This document shows positions 61,687 to 64,000 of a DNA stretch of 64,000 bases, piece by piece. The notes beneath the pieces are model-generated. The model ran no database searches and was not told the DNA's origin. It saw only the letters and a program-made list of their open reading frames with translations. This stretch comes from Podarcis filfolensis (lineage: Eukaryota). How positions within the stretch are numbered: the first letter of the stretch is position 1; the number at the start of each line of letters is the position of its first letter. The DNA is taken from NCBI GenBank assembly GCA_964270895.1, contig OZ185440.1. One strand, given 5' to 3'. Position numbers and translations under genes: made by a program.

Positions 61687-62859
61687 TTATTATTTGTACC
61701 CCACCCATCTGGCTGGGTTTCCCCAGCCACTCTGGGCGGCTTCCAACAAAGATGAAAAATACACTAAAATGTCACATATTAAAAACTTCCCTGAACAGGG
61801 CTGCCTTCAGATGTCTTCTGAATGTCAGGTAGTTGTTTATCGCTTTGACATCTGATGGGAGGGCGTTCCACAGGGCGGGCGCCACTACCGAGAAGGCCCT
61901 CTGCCTGGTTCCCTGTAACTTGGCCTCTCGCAGTGAGGGAACCGCCAGAAGGCCCTCGGAGCTGGACCTCAGTGTCCGGGCAGAACGATGGGGGAGGAGA
62001 TGCTCCTTCAGATATACTGGACCGAGGCCGTTTAGGGCTTTAAAGGTCAGCACCAACACTTTGAATTGTCTCGGAAACGTACTGTGAGCCAATGTAGGTC
62101 TTTCAAGACCGGTGTTATATGGTCTCGGCGGCCACTCCCAGTCACCAGTCTAGCTGCCGCGTTCTGGATTAGTTGTAGTTTCCGGGTCACCTTCAAAGGT
62201 AGCCCCACGTAGAGCGCATTGCAGTAGTCCAAGCGGGAGATAACCAGAGCATGCACCACTCTGGCGAGACAGTCTGCAGGCAGATAGGGTCTCAGCCTAC
62301 GTACCAGATGGAGTTGGTAAACAGCTGCCCTGGATACAGATTTGACCTGTGCCTCCATGGACAGCTGTGAGTCCAAAATGACTCCCAGGCTGCGCACCTG
62401 GTCCTTCAGGGGCACAGTTACCCCATTCAGGACCAGGGAATCCTCCACACCTGCCCGCCTCCTGTCCCCCAAAAACAGTACTTCTGTCTTGTCAGGATTC
62501 AACCTCAATCTGTTAGCCGCCATCCATCCTCCAACCGCCTCCAGACACTCACACAGGACCTTCACCGCCTTCACTGGTTCTGATTTAAAAGAGAGGTAGA
62601 GCTGGGTATCATCCGCATACTGATGAACACCCAGCCCAAACCTCCTGATGATCTCTCCCAGTGGCTGCATGTAAATGTTGAAAAGCATGGGGGAGAGGAC
62701 TGAACCCTGAGGCACCCCACAAGTGAGAGCCCAGGGGTCTGAACATTCATCCCCCACCACCACTTTCTGAACACGGCCCAGGAGGAAGGAGCGGAACCAC
62801 TGTATGACAGTGCCCCCAGCTCCCAGCCCCTCAAGACGGTCCAGAAGGATGTTATGGTC
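61646..62859 (-). mobile_element. 5'-truncated L2-clade LINE (RT C-terminal half), young but frameshifted
   Basis: GVPQGSVLSPMLFNIY...YADDTQLY...SRLDYCNALY...HWL (ORF 62047..62763) continues after a 1-bp deletion near 62075 as FKVLVLTFKAL...REVFNM* (ORF 61772..62092); (AAT)n tail at 61646-61690. Confidence 0.95.
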
Positions 62860-63510
62860 TAAACTGCACTAGGCCCCCTGGACCATATATCTGTTCTACT
62901 GCTTTTGCCTTTGCAACCTTTATTGTTCTGTTCTGTCCCAGTCTCCCACATATACATTAAACAGCAGCAGGATACAGATTTTACTTTAAAAATATGTTGG
63001 GCATGCTGTGCAGCACAGCACCCGCTAAATATCCACTGTGCCCCCCTACCCCCTTCTTCATTTTTGTCACGCCGATGACACTGGGGAAATGAAGATGGTT
63101 TTCCTGTCAGCCTGTGCTTTGCTGCAGAACATAGCCCACATGTTTCAGCCACAGAAAAAGGCAGTGTGGGAAGGGAGAGGAGTGGCTGAAGGGCAGAGCC
63201 TACCCCTGGATACATTTCATCAAGCTCCACTCGCTGGTGTGGATAGCAAGCAGTGGAATAGCCATGAATTGCCATGAGTAAAAGCCACCACACTATGTGA
63301 AAGTGAGTCCACTATGTATACAGAGAAATCGAACCACACCATACATATACAGCACATAGCTTCCCATGAAGAGTTCTGGGAAGTGTAGTTCACTCCTCAC
63401 AGAGTTATAATTTCCAGAATGCTTAACAAACTATTGCTCCCAGGATTCTTTTCAGTTAAGGCAATGTGCTTGTTACTTACCATGTGGCTGGATGAAACAT
63501 TATCACTATA

Positions 63511-64000
63511 CGGTGGTACCTTGGTTCTCAAACTTAATTTGTTCCGGAAGTCCATTCCAAAACCAAAGCATTCCAAAACCAAGGCACACTTTCCCATAAA
63601 AAGTAATGCAAAATGGATTAATTCATTCCAGACTTTTAAAAACAGTCCCTAAAACAGCAATTTAACATGAATTTTACTATCTAATGAGACCATTCATCCA
63701 TAAAATGAAAGCAATAAACAATGTACTGCAGTCACACAATCAATCATTCAATCAGTAGCTGAACTGGGTTCCACACAGTCACAAAAACAGAACAAAAAGA
63801 GCCCCAAAAACAAAAACACAAAATAAATAGCAAAAACAGACATCAGTGTAACACTCAAAACGGAAGTGTGGCACTCAAAACGGAATTGTAACACTTAAAA
63901 CTGAGCACATTCGGCTTCTGAAAAAAGTTCACAAACGAGCTTCCGGGTTTGCAGTGTTTGGGTTCCAAGTTGTTTGAGTACCAAGACGTTTGAGAACCAA
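63511..64000. mobile_element. Tigger-like non-autonomous element running off the window end
   Basis: TA|CGGTGGTACCTTGG, the same TIR class as 13215 and 36350; subterminal repeats CACTCAAAACGGAA; tail similar to 24053-24289. Confidence 0.75.

Noticed and set aside
62047-62763. 238-aa reverse-transcriptase ORF as a host gene or a retron/defence system
   Set aside because: It is a 5'-truncated, frameshifted L2 LINE with a microsatellite tail.

Overview
Vertebrate genomic DNA, almost certainly a squamate and probably a lacertid lizard, judged from Sauria/Squam-type SINEs plus BovB, L2, CR1 and Penelope relics. The only host coding gene I can reconstruct is NUCKS1 on the minus strand: 8 coding exons (59983 to 42835, 879 nt, 292 aa), all introns GT-AG, with a CpG-island promoter at about 59.3-60.8 kb and a probable 3' UTR of about 5 kb. 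Compared with the 243-aa human protein it has one extra 150-nt exon that looks like a duplicate of a downstream exon. A second CpG island (about 5.85-6.9 kb) is a leftward-pointing promoter with a first exon; the rest of that gene lies outside the window (by human synteny it may be SLC45A3, inference only). The remainder is a mosaic of hAT and Tc1/mariner-Tigger MITEs, SINEs, LINE fragments, Penelope ends with decayed hammerhead ribozymes, and two solo LTRs. The best candidate for an undescribed system is that both divergent solo LTRs carry a reading frame in the same phase from the LTR 5' end. It encodes an acidic region (Trp-rich in one copy) followed by an SPRT..KR..RRSxRL-like basic tail, which could be an LTR-encoded accessory protein. 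This is a hypothesis from two decayed copies. No tRNA or rRNA genes, CRISPR arrays or prokaryotic features were found.
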